64,000 bases of DNA from positions 4,155-68,154 of IMG/VR virus record IMGVR_UViG_3300014204_000183; one strand, written 5' to 3'. Origin of the DNA: a virus (Duplodnaviria; Caudoviricetes). Below are positions 24,893 to 33,478 of the stretch, piece after piece. A program made the translations under genes and the position numbers. Each line of letters opens with the position of its first letter. Position 1 is the stretch's first letter. The notes under the pieces are model-generated. The model saw only the letters and a list, made by a program, of their open reading frames with translations, was not told where the DNA came from and did not search any database.

Positions 24893-25471
24893 TTATACTG
24901 ATTGTGCCTGATATAGCCGTTTCCAATCGAAAAATCGCCAGCGGCCCATGGTATCAATCTCACTTGCATGGTCGATATGGCGTGTGTACGCGGCTAGATC
25001 ACTCCAAGTCTCAAAAATCATTTCTTGGGGGATGACTCCGCGGAGCCAGTCTGGTATTGCACGGAGGCCCTGCTCCATATGCAGCAGGATTGGCGCTTTA
25101 CGACGGTTTAGCACCGTCCACTCTTCATGGGTGCCAGTCGAATAGTATCGTAGATCTAAATGTACAATTGCGAAGTCACAAACGTCACACATTCTAAGGT
25201 CAATACAGCGAATCTCTCGCATCTGTTGTGCAAGAGTATCCCAGTCACCAGCTTCTTTTAGCTTCTGCCGGGCTATGTGATCCTCTAAATCTGGGCATTC
25301 ATACCCGGGTAGCATGGGTTTATGGCAGGGGTCGAGAAAGATTAGATTTAGGTCTTTTAGCTCTTCTTGAATACTGGTCCGCCAACCCGTTCCAAAATCT
25401 GGTGATAAATCGATTGGGCCCGCTAGATAAACGCGATTATAGAATAGACGGTTCATACAAACGTTCTCCAA
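24893..25471 (-). CDS. nucleoside 2-deoxyribosyltransferase-like / NMP N-glycosidase family protein
   Basis: VYLAGPID..GWR..FLDP..D..CD..STGTHEE. Confidence 0.75.
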   Translation of the reverse strand: MENVCMNRLFYNRVYLAGPIDLSPDFGTGWRTSIQEELKDLNLIFLDPCHKPMLPGYECPDLEDHIARQKLKEAGDWDTLAQQMREIRCIDLRMCDVCDFAIVHLDLRYYSTGTHEEWTVLNRRKAPILLHMEQGLRAIPDWLRGVIPQEMIFETWSDLAAYTRHIDHASEIDTMGRWRFFDWKRLYQAQSV

Positions 25472-26238
25472 GTATCAAGGGGTGTAGTTATTCTATGGCA
25501 GCCAGATGGCATGTGTATAGGCTTCTCTTTAGGCACACAGAGCATGTTTACGGAGATAGTCCACCCATAGATATTCTCTTCCACCCCATTGAAATTATAC
25601 CGATTATAATAATATGGTAAATGGTAGAATAGGTCGTAGTTCATAGCCCAGAGGCGTTTAATTAACTCGGGAGACTTATCTTCTCGATCATTCTCCATGT
25701 ATAGAATGGGGCGGCAGCGATTAATCGTTTTTAGACCCCCTTCAAGTATCTCGCCTTCCATACCTTCAGCGTCAATCTTTGCAAAATGGAAATGTGACAC
25801 AGTCGAATCAATAGTAACAAGTGGAACAGACTCGCCCCCAGTGCCACCCATTTCGACTGCGCCAAAGTTATTCGGCTGCTCGTAGTCAACCTGTGGCACG
25901 TTCAAGAGCCCTACTGTCCTACCAACACCGACACAATGTGCATATACATTTTGAAGCGAATTAAGCGCAGCATTTGCACAAACTAATTGGAATAGGATTC
26001 GTTGTGGTTCAAATGCGTAAACGCGCCCCTGTGGAACCATCTGTGCCATGGCTACCGTGTGAGCGCCATGATTAGCACCAATGTCTAGGCATACCCAATC
26101 AGGCTGTATAATCCCTCGGAATAGATATACTTCGCCCTCTGAAAATTCGCCATACTTATCTAATGCACCACCAATATACTGGTCATTAGGTAAGAATAAC
26201 ATTTGTCCATAGCGGCATTGCTTTAACTTGGTGGGCAT
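25453..26238 (-). CDS. FkbM-family methyltransferase
   Basis: LDIGANHG, AFEPQ, KIDAEGME, PILYMEN. Confidence 0.9.
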   Translation of the reverse strand: MPTKLKQCRYGQMLFLPNDQYIGGALDKYGEFSEGEVYLFRGIIQPDWVCLDIGANHGAHTVAMAQMVPQGRVYAFEPQRILFQLVCANAALNSLQNVYAHCVGVGRTVGLLNVPQVDYEQPNNFGAVEMGGTGGESVPLVTIDSTVSHFHFAKIDAEGMEGEILEGGLKTINRCRPILYMENDREDKSPELIKRLWAMNYDLFYHLPYYYNRYNFNGVEENIYGWTISVNMLCVPKEKPIHMPSGCHRITTPLDTWRTFV

Positions 26239-26876
26239 AATTCCTCCCATTTTGAAGATCCCAACCGTGTGCATCCTAACTGCAAGAATGTATCGGCCTG
26301 TTGATAAGTACTAATACCACCACTTGCTTTAATCTTTAGTGGCGAATCCTTTATGGCGGTCTTGATTAGTTCGACATCCTCGTAGGTAGCTCCGCCTATA
26401 CCAAAGCCAGTCGATGTTTTGATAAACGATACTCGTGGAACAGACCTAATAAGTAGACAAGCTGATAATATATGGGGTGCAGTTAAATAGCACGTCTCTA
26501 GTATTACCTTTATTGTGATTCGAAGCGGTAGTCGGTCGAGAATGTAGTTTAATTCATTCACTACGTATGGGTAATCACCCTCAATGAACCTTGCATAATT
26601 CATAACAATGTCAAGTTCATCAGCACCATCACGCACAGCCTGTTGTGCTTCTAGTCGCTTTATCTCTGGTGTGTTTGTACCGTGTGGGAAACTAATTACC
26701 GTCGAAATTGGAACCTCAAACTGCGAAGCATATTGCACATCACAAGGTCGAACACATACAGATGCCAAATGCTCGCGGCAAGCTAGGAGACATGCTGACC
26801 GCACCTGGGCAAGCGTGGACGTTGGGTTCAAGACAGCATAGTCTAGGGCTGCGGCAATTTGTTCTTTAGTGTGCAT
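26223..26876 (-). CDS. deoC: deoxyribose-phosphate aldolase
   Basis: VISFPHG, ELDIVMN, KVILET, FIKTSTGF, IKASGGI, RLGSS. Confidence 0.92.
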   Translation of the reverse strand: MHTKEQIAAALDYAVLNPTSTLAQVRSACLLACREHLASVCVRPCDVQYASQFEVPISTVISFPHGTNTPEIKRLEAQQAVRDGADELDIVMNYARFIEGDYPYVVNELNYILDRLPLRITIKVILETCYLTAPHILSACLLIRSVPRVSFIKTSTGFGIGGATYEDVELIKTAIKDSPLKIKASGGISTYQQADTFLQLGCTRLGSSKWEELCPPS

Positions 26877-27204
26877 GGCGTCTCTTTGGTGCAATTTTTA
26901 TGCCATTCGCTTTAACGCAGGCTTGGTAGGCGCGATTATAGGTCTTATAGGGACGCCGTTCATTATCTAACGCATGCTCCCAAAAGCTATTACCGTCTGG
27001 GTTTAGACTTAATCGAAGGGCATAGTATCTAGGAGGTAGTTCCACACCCATGAAGCATTTTCGCCACACTATGCGGTATTTTTTACACTTGGATAGCCAG
27101 ACTTTTCTAAACTTACGGCTTAGTCCTTCTGGATTAAAGCGTGAAGTCAATTTGAATTCAATGTCGGACATCTGGCACCTTTTGATATATTTTCCGACGC
27201 CCAC
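26866..27204 (-). CDS. hypothetical basic protein
   Basis: 112-aa ORF. Confidence 0.6.
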   Translation of the reverse strand: MGVGKYIKRCQMSDIEFKLTSRFNPEGLSRKFRKVWLSKCKKYRIVWRKCFMGVELPPRYYALRLSLNPDGNSFWEHALDNERRPYKTYNRAYQACVKANGIKIAPKRRHAH

Positions 27205-27743
27205 AGGGGCTGCAAGTTAGTATAATGGCAAGCAGCTCTTTGCTGCTCTGGATCTGTTAGATCGAAACTAGCTAGTGGTATGATGTGGTCAATATGCCAT
27301 TCGCTTCGATTTTCCCAGGTCATTCCAGGTTTGAATTTTGATTCAAGATACTCTACTAGAAACTCCCAGGTGCAACCAGTTAGAGTCTGGGTTGTGGCAG
27401 ATTTATGCTTTATACACTTATTTAGTCGTTGACGTAACCGCTTACCAACGCAAAAATGACGGTCATTTCTGTGCCGCGCGTTTTCCCGCGTGCGGCGATT
27501 CTCCTTGTATTCTGGTGTTCGCCGCCTCTTGTGCTCTGCCTCCTTGTATTCTAGTGTTTGCCGCCTCTTGCGATCTGCCTCCTTGTATTCTGGTGTTTGC
27601 TGTCTCTTGCGGTCCTTCTCCTTGTATTCTGGTGTTTGCTGCCTCTTGCGGTTCTTCTCCTTGTATTCTGGTGTTTGACGGTACGCATGCAGATAACACT
27701 TTTTACACATGCCCTTAGCCTCTTTAGGCTCATGGTCACACAT
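27147..27743 (-). CDS. HNH-type endonuclease with 13-aa repeats
   Basis: WHIDHIIPLASFDL..CHYTNLQPLWASENISK. Confidence 0.8.
   Translation of the reverse strand: MCDHEPKEAKGMCKKCYLHAYRQTPEYKEKNRKRQQTPEYKEKDRKRQQTPEYKEADRKRRQTLEYKEAEHKRRRTPEYKENRRTRENARHRNDRHFCVGKRLRQRLNKCIKHKSATTQTLTGCTWEFLVEYLESKFKPGMTWENRSEWHIDHIIPLASFDLTDPEQQRAACHYTNLQPLWASENISKGARCPTLNSN
27501..27677. repeat. coding tandem repeat, ~4.5 x 39 bp
   Basis: ctccttgtattctggtgtt... at 27501, 27540, 27579, 27618, 27657 encoding xQTPEYKExxRKR. Confidence 0.9.
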
Positions 27744-27981
27744 TCTTAGGTCCTTTCCCATTACGAAATTGTGGCTCGATCTTCGGAGGCGTATGCCCAA
27801 CCATACCTCGCTTATGCCTGGGATGCATAGGTGAATAGAAGATGTGGACTGCGGGTGCTGGGAAGTGTCTTAACACGTCCTCAGACTTACAAGCGGGACA
27901 CGGGGGGCTTGGATCATCGTATCTCTGCACATCAGTAAAAGTCTCGCCACAATCCTGGCACGTATAATCATAACTACTCAC
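27736..27981 (-). CDS. FmdB-family zinc-ribbon protein
   Basis: YDYTCQDCGETF...CPACKS..R.FPAPAV. Confidence 0.75.
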   Translation of the reverse strand: MSSYDYTCQDCGETFTDVQRYDDPSPPCPACKSEDVLRHFPAPAVHIFYSPMHPRHKRGMVGHTPPKIEPQFRNGKGPKNV

Positions 27982-28225
27982 GAGTTGCTCCTTTTTCTAG
28001 TATAACACAGCGATCTGGGTTCTCTAATTTAACCGGTCGTCCAGTATCATTTGATCCAGCTATTTTGAATACAGGCGGTGTTGAGCGGATCACCTCAATA
28101 TGAGAGACACGCAACGAACGGAGCCACATTTCTGACCCCCTGCGTACTGGATAAGCCACAGTGTCTCCCGGCTCAATAGGTCGGCCACCAAAATCACAAA
28201 CAATCTCGGCCATCATCGTCTCCAA
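27974..28225 (-). CDS. hypothetical protein
   Basis: DFGGRPIEPGDTVAYPVRRGS. Confidence 0.6.
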   Translation of the reverse strand: METMMAEIVCDFGGRPIEPGDTVAYPVRRGSEMWLRSLRVSHIEVIRSTPPVFKIAGSNDTGRPVKLENPDRCVILEKGATRE

Positions 28226-28352
28226 TTATTTCACTAGTCATGTTATGACAGTTTGCACACTCCATATTATCTAAGTCACAGCCCTCGGGCGCAACAAACG
28301 CAGTCTGAAATCCACAAATGCGGCATTCTTCTAATCCACTAATATACATCAT
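28194..28352 (-). CDS. small Zn-ribbon protein, 52 aa (not in ORF track)
   Basis: CRICG...MECANCHNMT. Confidence 0.55.
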   Translation of the reverse strand: MMYISGLEECRICGFQTAFVAPEGCDLDNMECANCHNMTSEIIGDDDGRDCL

Positions 28353-28552
28353 ATTCCGAATAAATCTCCCTCGGAGCCTGACACTGGATCAAATCTACAA
28401 TTTGTGGAGTCACACCTGGGACATTTTAGCATGGCCACAGTTTCGTCCTGGCATAAATATTCTGACCAGACCAGCCCACAATCCAAACAAACGCCGTCAC
28501 CAAAGTTAATATCCATTGTGTCCGCCATCATTGTCCCGATACTCTTGAGCAT
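28349..28552 (-). CDS. small Zn-ribbon protein
   Basis: CLDCG...KCPRCDS. Confidence 0.6.
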   Translation of the reverse strand: MLKSIGTMMADTMDINFGDGVCLDCGLVWSEYLCQDETVAMLKCPRCDSTNCRFDPVSGSEGDLFGI

Positions 28553-29124
28553 AGACCAACACCTTGGCCACCATACCAGCGACCATCGGGCCAGTAATTT
28601 GAAAGCGCAGGTTGCAAATCATTCTCATCTGCAATCTTGGCACAAATTTGTGGGTCAGTGTCGCCAGTTACACAGGAGATACCGAGGCATTTACACAGCC
28701 GTAAGGTTGTACCGTCCCCAGCAAATGGATCTATTACTGTATCATATCGTCTACATGAAAGATGCACGCAGTGCTCAATTAGACTAGAATCTTCGTCTGT
28801 CGGATACAGTTCAATATTTTCCTGTGTAATTCGTAGTAATGGTTTATTACCTGAATTATACATCTGAATACAGGGCTCTACTTGTAGTCCTTCATAACTT
28901 TCAAGAAGTTTATCGACAATTAATGCGACCTCGGGTGCCCACTCTTCACTGTAAGAGAGCCAAAAAATATCTGCCTTGGCCACGCCAATTTCAATAAGAT
29001 CAGAGAGTTGGCTATTATCTGGTGGATTGACAAAAACCATACGAGCATAGTCAATCGAATCAAGGAGTGTCAATGCGTCTGTACAAATTACTTGGTGCAT
29101 GATAAAATTAGCAGGGCAGTACAA
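28528..29124 (-). CDS. minimal N6/N4 DNA methyltransferase-like protein
   Basis: VFVNPPDN (motif IV-like) and VIDPFAGDGTT (motif I). Confidence 0.65.
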   Translation of the reverse strand: MYCPANFIMHQVICTDALTLLDSIDYARMVFVNPPDNSQLSDLIEIGVAKADIFWLSYSEEWAPEVALIVDKLLESYEGLQVEPCIQMYNSGNKPLLRITQENIELYPTDEDSSLIEHCVHLSCRRYDTVIDPFAGDGTTLRLCKCLGISCVTGDTDPQICAKIADENDLQPALSNYWPDGRWYGGQGVGLCSRVSGQ

Positions 29125-29345
29125 AAAGTCTTGAATTCAATAATTCGTCCAGTCTTTAATGTTTCTTGCCAGAGGGCTCGGTCTTCAATTGGCCGGACGC
29201 GATACCCTTCTAGCATATCAATCGCCTGACGAATATCCGTATAAGGGATGTCGTCCGTTGCTCCTATAATTCCACATTGGATCCAGTCAGTACCAACCAG
29301 CTTTTCTAATCCGTAGTATTTAACATGAATTTCATTCTCTGCCAT
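29088..29345 (-). CDS. hypothetical protein
   Basis: 85-aa ORF. Confidence 0.55.
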   Translation of the reverse strand: MAENEIHVKYYGLEKLVGTDWIQCGIIGATDDIPYTDIRQAIDMLEGYRVRPIEDRALWQETLKTGRIIEFKTFCTALLILSCTK

Positions 29346-30180
29346 TTGTGTCTCCTAAAATGTTATAGTCAGGTAAGTCGTGAGTGTCCAGGGCTTGAAT
29401 AAGAGCATGTGTGAAATATGTTATTTGTTCTAGCCCTTCATAGTTTAATTTGTCTGGGGTATCGCTGATTTTATGGTAGTTCGCGTGGAGGCCGGTATGC
29501 AAGAAAGCAACTGGAATGCCAACTTCCGCAAATGATTCTTGGTCGCTGTCTTTTCCACCGAGAATAACTAGTGATGGTGCCCACGGATACTGGATATACA
29601 AGTCCCTTAGAATCTTCTGCACATCTGGTACATAGGCTTGTGTATCGGTACGTAAGTATCCAACCATATCCAGATTAACCATGAAGATGGTTTTTTCATT
29701 TGGATAGAGTGGATGCTTCACATAATAGGCAGACCCATACAACCCCTCTTCTTCCCCAGAGAAGAAGATAAACACAATATTTCGCCGACTTGTTTTCACC
29801 ATCTTAGCTAGTTCGAGCACGGAGGCGGTGCCAGAGGCGTTGTCATCCGCCCCAGGACAAAATGATCGCCGTAATGGGCCAACAGCGTCATAGTGAGCCC
29901 CAACAACAAGCACCGAGTCTACGGCACCTTTTCTGACTGCAATAATGTTCTTTGACTGGCCCCGGGGCAATGGAAATATCTGCTCCTCGGGCGAGTACCC
30001 AGATGCTTTTAGCTGTTGTATAAGATAGTCAGCCGCTTTGTCACAGGCTGGTGAGCCCGCCTTCCTACCCTGAAGATCGGCGGAGGTCAGGTAATCAACA
30101 TGTCGCTTTAAATCAACGACCTGCTGTGCAAAAACAACATTAGTAACTAGACTAATCACCAGTATAAGAATATATTTCAT
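29332..30180 (-). CDS. secreted M28-family metallopeptidase
   Basis: Signal peptide; GAHYD, GADDNASG, GEEEGL, NLDMVG, SD, YHKISD. Confidence 0.92.
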   Translation of the reverse strand: MKYILILVISLVTNVVFAQQVVDLKRHVDYLTSADLQGRKAGSPACDKAADYLIQQLKASGYSPEEQIFPLPRGQSKNIIAVRKGAVDSVLVVGAHYDAVGPLRRSFCPGADDNASGTASVLELAKMVKTSRRNIVFIFFSGEEEGLYGSAYYVKHPLYPNEKTIFMVNLDMVGYLRTDTQAYVPDVQKILRDLYIQYPWAPSLVILGGKDSDQESFAEVGIPVAFLHTGLHANYHKISDTPDKLNYEGLEQITYFTHALIQALDTHDLPDYNILGDTNGRE

Positions 30181-30215
30181 ATTGTCTCTTAGATGCAAAT
30201 AATATGCCAAAACTT

Positions 30216-31469
30216 CTAATTAGTGTCGATATCCGCAGTAAGGGCTGTTAGTGGATCATCACGAAATCGTAGTAAGTGCCCTTGTAAACTAGCCATGCTA
30301 ATTTTCTTATGTGCGAGTTTTTCACAAAACCCCTCAGACAGGTCTGACATCTCCGGGAAAAACCTATTGAATAGATTTTTTGCCTGTGCTTTTGAGGCGT
30401 CATCTATCACTATATCCATATCCACTCGTCCCGGCCTAATAAGGGCAGGGTCTAATACCTCTTTATGATTAGTCGTTAGAAATAAAATCCGCCCCTCACT
30501 AGACATGATTCCATCAATTGCATTCAACAGGCCAGAGAAAGTTATATTTTCACCCTCTTCAACTTTCTTACGTGCATGGAAGATACAGTCAATGTCCTCT
30601 ATTAATACTAGGCTATTCATTGGAACATTGGCCATTAGCTCCATTAGTCGCTCGTCATTTAAACTATGGTTGCTTAGATTCAGGGTACAAATATCGAGGC
30701 GGAGTTCAGAGGCGATAGCTGTCACAAGTGAACTTTTGCCATTACCAGGAGGGCCGGATAGTAAATACCCCCGTCTGTATGGGATGCCAATATCATTGTA
30801 CCATTTTTCAGACTCAATAAACTGCCTGACATCCCGTAGAATGTGACCACTCAAATCGTCATCCAAGATGACAGACTTTAGCGGACGGAGGGCGCGCTTA
30901 GTTATTTCACACCATTCATTATAGTCTGGTCGAAGGACTCGCAACCGTTCTGAATCTATAGGGTGGGCAGCCACGCGCGCCTCTTCTATAAGGTCATAGA
31001 CGACTTGTTTATTACGACTGAAAAGTTTAAAAGTAAATGTCTCCCGGAAGCCCAAAGCAACTGTGTCACCCTTACCTTGCGTGTCTTTTCGTTCACGGTA
31101 TAAAATCATTAACTTTCGTTTATAAAAAAGAAAATGTAGCCCAGGGGCTGGTGAAAGAATTATGCGTGGCTTCTTTCGCTCTCTGGAGTCGTCGGGGCCA
31201 TCATCGTAGTCACGTTGTCTACGAGTTTGAACCGTCCACCAGCGGCAGCGCTTCCTATATGGGTGTTGAGATAGCCAAACATTCATCCAGCGGAAGGCTT
31301 CGTCACGGTCTGGAATATCAATTTCAGTTATCAATCGATGCTTAATCCACGTAAACAAGTACCCAGGTAAACTGCGAAGATAAACAAGCGCGCTCCCGAC
31401 AACGGCCAATACAAGGCCACCATTTAAAAACTGATTACTTGCAAGCTGAGTTGTTATAAAATCCCACAC
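30216..31469 (-). CDS. BCS1-like AAA+ ATPase
   Basis: N-terminal TM, BCS1_N-like region (LSPAPGLHF), RRGYLLSGPPGNGKSS, IEDID, DPALIRPGRVD. Confidence 0.88.
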   Translation of the reverse strand: MWDFITTQLASNQFLNGGLVLAVVGSALVYLRSLPGYLFTWIKHRLITEIDIPDRDEAFRWMNVWLSQHPYRKRCRWWTVQTRRQRDYDDGPDDSRERKKPRIILSPAPGLHFLFYKRKLMILYRERKDTQGKGDTVALGFRETFTFKLFSRNKQVVYDLIEEARVAAHPIDSERLRVLRPDYNEWCEITKRALRPLKSVILDDDLSGHILRDVRQFIESEKWYNDIGIPYRRGYLLSGPPGNGKSSLVTAIASELRLDICTLNLSNHSLNDERLMELMANVPMNSLVLIEDIDCIFHARKKVEEGENITFSGLLNAIDGIMSSEGRILFLTTNHKEVLDPALIRPGRVDMDIVIDDASKAQAKNLFNRFFPEMSDLSEGFCEKLAHKKISMASLQGHLLRFRDDPLTALTADIDTN

Positions 31470-31494
31470 AGTCGCGCCCTCCTAGACAAATGTG

Positions 31495-31716
31495 TTAGTT
31501 ATCGGCCTCTTTATTATACTGTGTTAGTACAATATTAATCGTCGGAATCAAATCACCGTCTTGTAATACGTCGGATGTTGATAGGTATCCAAGAGTGAGG
31601 GCAGCTTGTCCCGACTTAGATTCGTGGATAATTGTCTCTAGGTGTGTAAAGATACTAGTAAGTGTTTCACCAGTTAAATTAGCTTCTTTTAGGCGCTCAA
31701 GAAATACCAAATTCAT
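31495..31716 (-). CDS. hypothetical protein
   Basis: 73-aa ORF. Confidence 0.55.
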   Translation of the reverse strand: MNLVFLERLKEANLTGETLTSIFTHLETIIHESKSGQAALTLGYLSTSDVLQDGDLIPTINIVLTQYNKEADN

Positions 31717-32011
31717 AGATTACCTTTTTAATGGGCGTGTGTGGTGGTAATGATTTAAGACCTAACGCTTGTTTTATTTTACTCCTGGCTTCAGAGCGTG
31801 TGTTTGCACTGACAACTATTGGCTGCTGTTCTCCAATATCCAATTGCCAAACACTTGGTTTCTTATTACCAATAACACCATCTGCGACTAACTGACGACG
31901 CTGAGCTATTAGTGCCATTTGGTTAATGGCCTCTTTGGATAATTTTGACGGCCCTCGCTGTGAGTCAAGAAAATCTTTCTTAGACATTCTGTAGTTTACT
32001 AGTCTCCGCAT
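31697..32011 (-). CDS. hypothetical protein
   Basis: 104-aa ORF. Confidence 0.55.
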   Translation of the reverse strand: MRRLVNYRMSKKDFLDSQRGPSKLSKEAINQMALIAQRRQLVADGVIGNKKPSVWQLDIGEQQPIVVSANTRSEARSKIKQALGLKSLPPHTPIKKVIYEFGIS

Positions 32012-32015
32012 TATA

Positions 32016-32486
32016 TTAAACCCTCAAAGATTTTGTAAAAACAATTTCGTCCTCTTTTTCACCCATGTATATCCCAGTGCCTTTCATTACACGAGTGGCC
32101 GCGTACTTTCGATGTGTCAGCCACTGACTTAAATCAAAAGTACAACTTGGATAGCAAAAACTTTCAACAATGGGAAATTGAACATCTTTATTTCCATTCT
32201 GAATTAGGATTGTCTCAACTGCTGATAGTAACTGCGAGCCTACGCCATTATGTCTATAGGATGGTTTTACGCCCATTCGTATGATGAGTCCACCCTTTAC
32301 CCCGCTAAACCAGACAATAAAGCCAACTGGTATCCCGTTATACGTCCCAATTAAAACACCATACCGAGCCTCAACCAGCATGTCTCTCCACTCAGAGCAG
32401 CCCCAATTATCGTCAAAACACTTTAGATCAATGTCTAAGATATAATTGAGATCGCGAACTTCTGGTTTTCTAATGTTAGTTAGCAT
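32016..32486 (-). CDS. GNAT acetyltransferase (RimI-like)
   Basis: IRMGVKPSYRHNGVGSQLL acetyl-CoA motif. Confidence 0.85.
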   Translation of the reverse strand: MLTNIRKPEVRDLNYILDIDLKCFDDNWGCSEWRDMLVEARYGVLIGTYNGIPVGFIVWFSGVKGGLIIRMGVKPSYRHNGVGSQLLSAVETILIQNGNKDVQFPIVESFCYPSCTFDLSQWLTHRKYAATRVMKGTGIYMGEKEDEIVFTKSLRV

Positions 32487-33478
32487 TATTTAAATCGATG
32501 CTGGCGTGTTAAATCGTTTATACATTGCTGCTCAGGTGTGTCGATATTCGTTCTAATTGCTTGTTGCTCTAGAACTTGACAGCGTTGGTCATTTTCTTCT
32601 CTAGTCAGATCGGGGAAAATATGCCCTGTGGTAAGTGCCGTCCAGCAGGCTTGAATGCGAGATAGAAGTGTTTTCTGATGGACGGCCGAGATGCGAGCCC
32701 TGTGGTTGGCAATCCGTAATAAGGGCTTAGAGCTTGTTGGCTTTGCTACAATCTGATCGATACAAACAATGACGTTTTCATCCCCAACAGGTTCACCTAG
32801 CATCCATGAATAAATTGCTAGTTGGTCAGCCCAGTCTGTATTGGCATCTTCAAGCCAACCGTTGTGGATTTCTACACCCTTCCATAAAAATGGCTTGTAT
32901 TCCTTGTGTGCTGTGTTGTTACCACGAGACGCTTTTGCAGTTAGATCTCCCCAACCATCACGCACCAGACGATAGTTTTTACACGGACTGGTTGGCGACT
33001 TAGAACAGTACCCATTTACTTTAAAGTCTAAGATGACATGCGACCCTAGTGGGTGTATAAATCTCAAATCTGGCTTTCCAAGAAGCGGAACCGTTTCAAT
33101 ACACCCTTCGATTGTAAATTCAAATTGTGGAGCCTGTTTACTTTGCTTGAGTAAAGATAGTAAATCCTCATACGCCCCCGAGAATTTATAGGCATCAAAG
33201 ACATACTGACCGTGTTCGAGTGCCCAGTCACGGTTTTGTGGTTCAACCTGATCGGCGAAAATCGCATCAAATTGAAATTTTGAATCGGCCCCCACACCAA
33301 ATATGGCTTCGTGCATCGCAGATTTTACATAGGCGTCGAAGGCGGAACCAATGGCCATATAAGTGGTCTGTGGAAGATGCTCTACCTTCATCTCGGCCAG
33401 CCGCTGAAGATAAAACTCTTCTGGATTCTTTTCCCAAATAGCTAGGCTAGAGGGGCTGAGATAGCGAGGTAGTCTCAT
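32486..33478 (-). CDS. PD-(D/E)XK exonuclease (RecB/Cas4-like)
   Basis: LSPSSL, GKPDL, ILDFK, QLAIY. Confidence 0.75.
   Translation of the reverse strand: MRLPRYLSPSSLAIWEKNPEEFYLQRLAEMKVEHLPQTTYMAIGSAFDAYVKSAMHEAIFGVGADSKFQFDAIFADQVEPQNRDWALEHGQYVFDAYKFSGAYEDLLSLLKQSKQAPQFEFTIEGCIETVPLLGKPDLRFIHPLGSHVILDFKVNGYCSKSPTSPCKNYRLVRDGWGDLTAKASRGNNTAHKEYKPFLWKGVEIHNGWLEDANTDWADQLAIYSWMLGEPVGDENVIVCIDQIVAKPTSSKPLLRIANHRARISAVHQKTLLSRIQACWTALTTGHIFPDLTREENDQRCQVLEQQAIRTNIDTPEQQCINDLTRQHRFK

Noticed and set aside
27501-27677. CRISPR-like periodic repeat
   Set aside because: Units are contiguous 39-bp coding repeats with no unique spacers; no cas genes.
27338-27749. Alternative-frame repeat ORFs (27338-27718, 27463-27699, 27490-27678, 27551-27739, 27558-27749)
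   Set aside because: By-products of the stop-poor tandem repeat.
32486-33478. Cas4 as part of a CRISPR system
   Set aside because: Stand-alone PD-(D/E)XK nuclease in a replication module, lacking the four-Cys cluster and cas neighbours.
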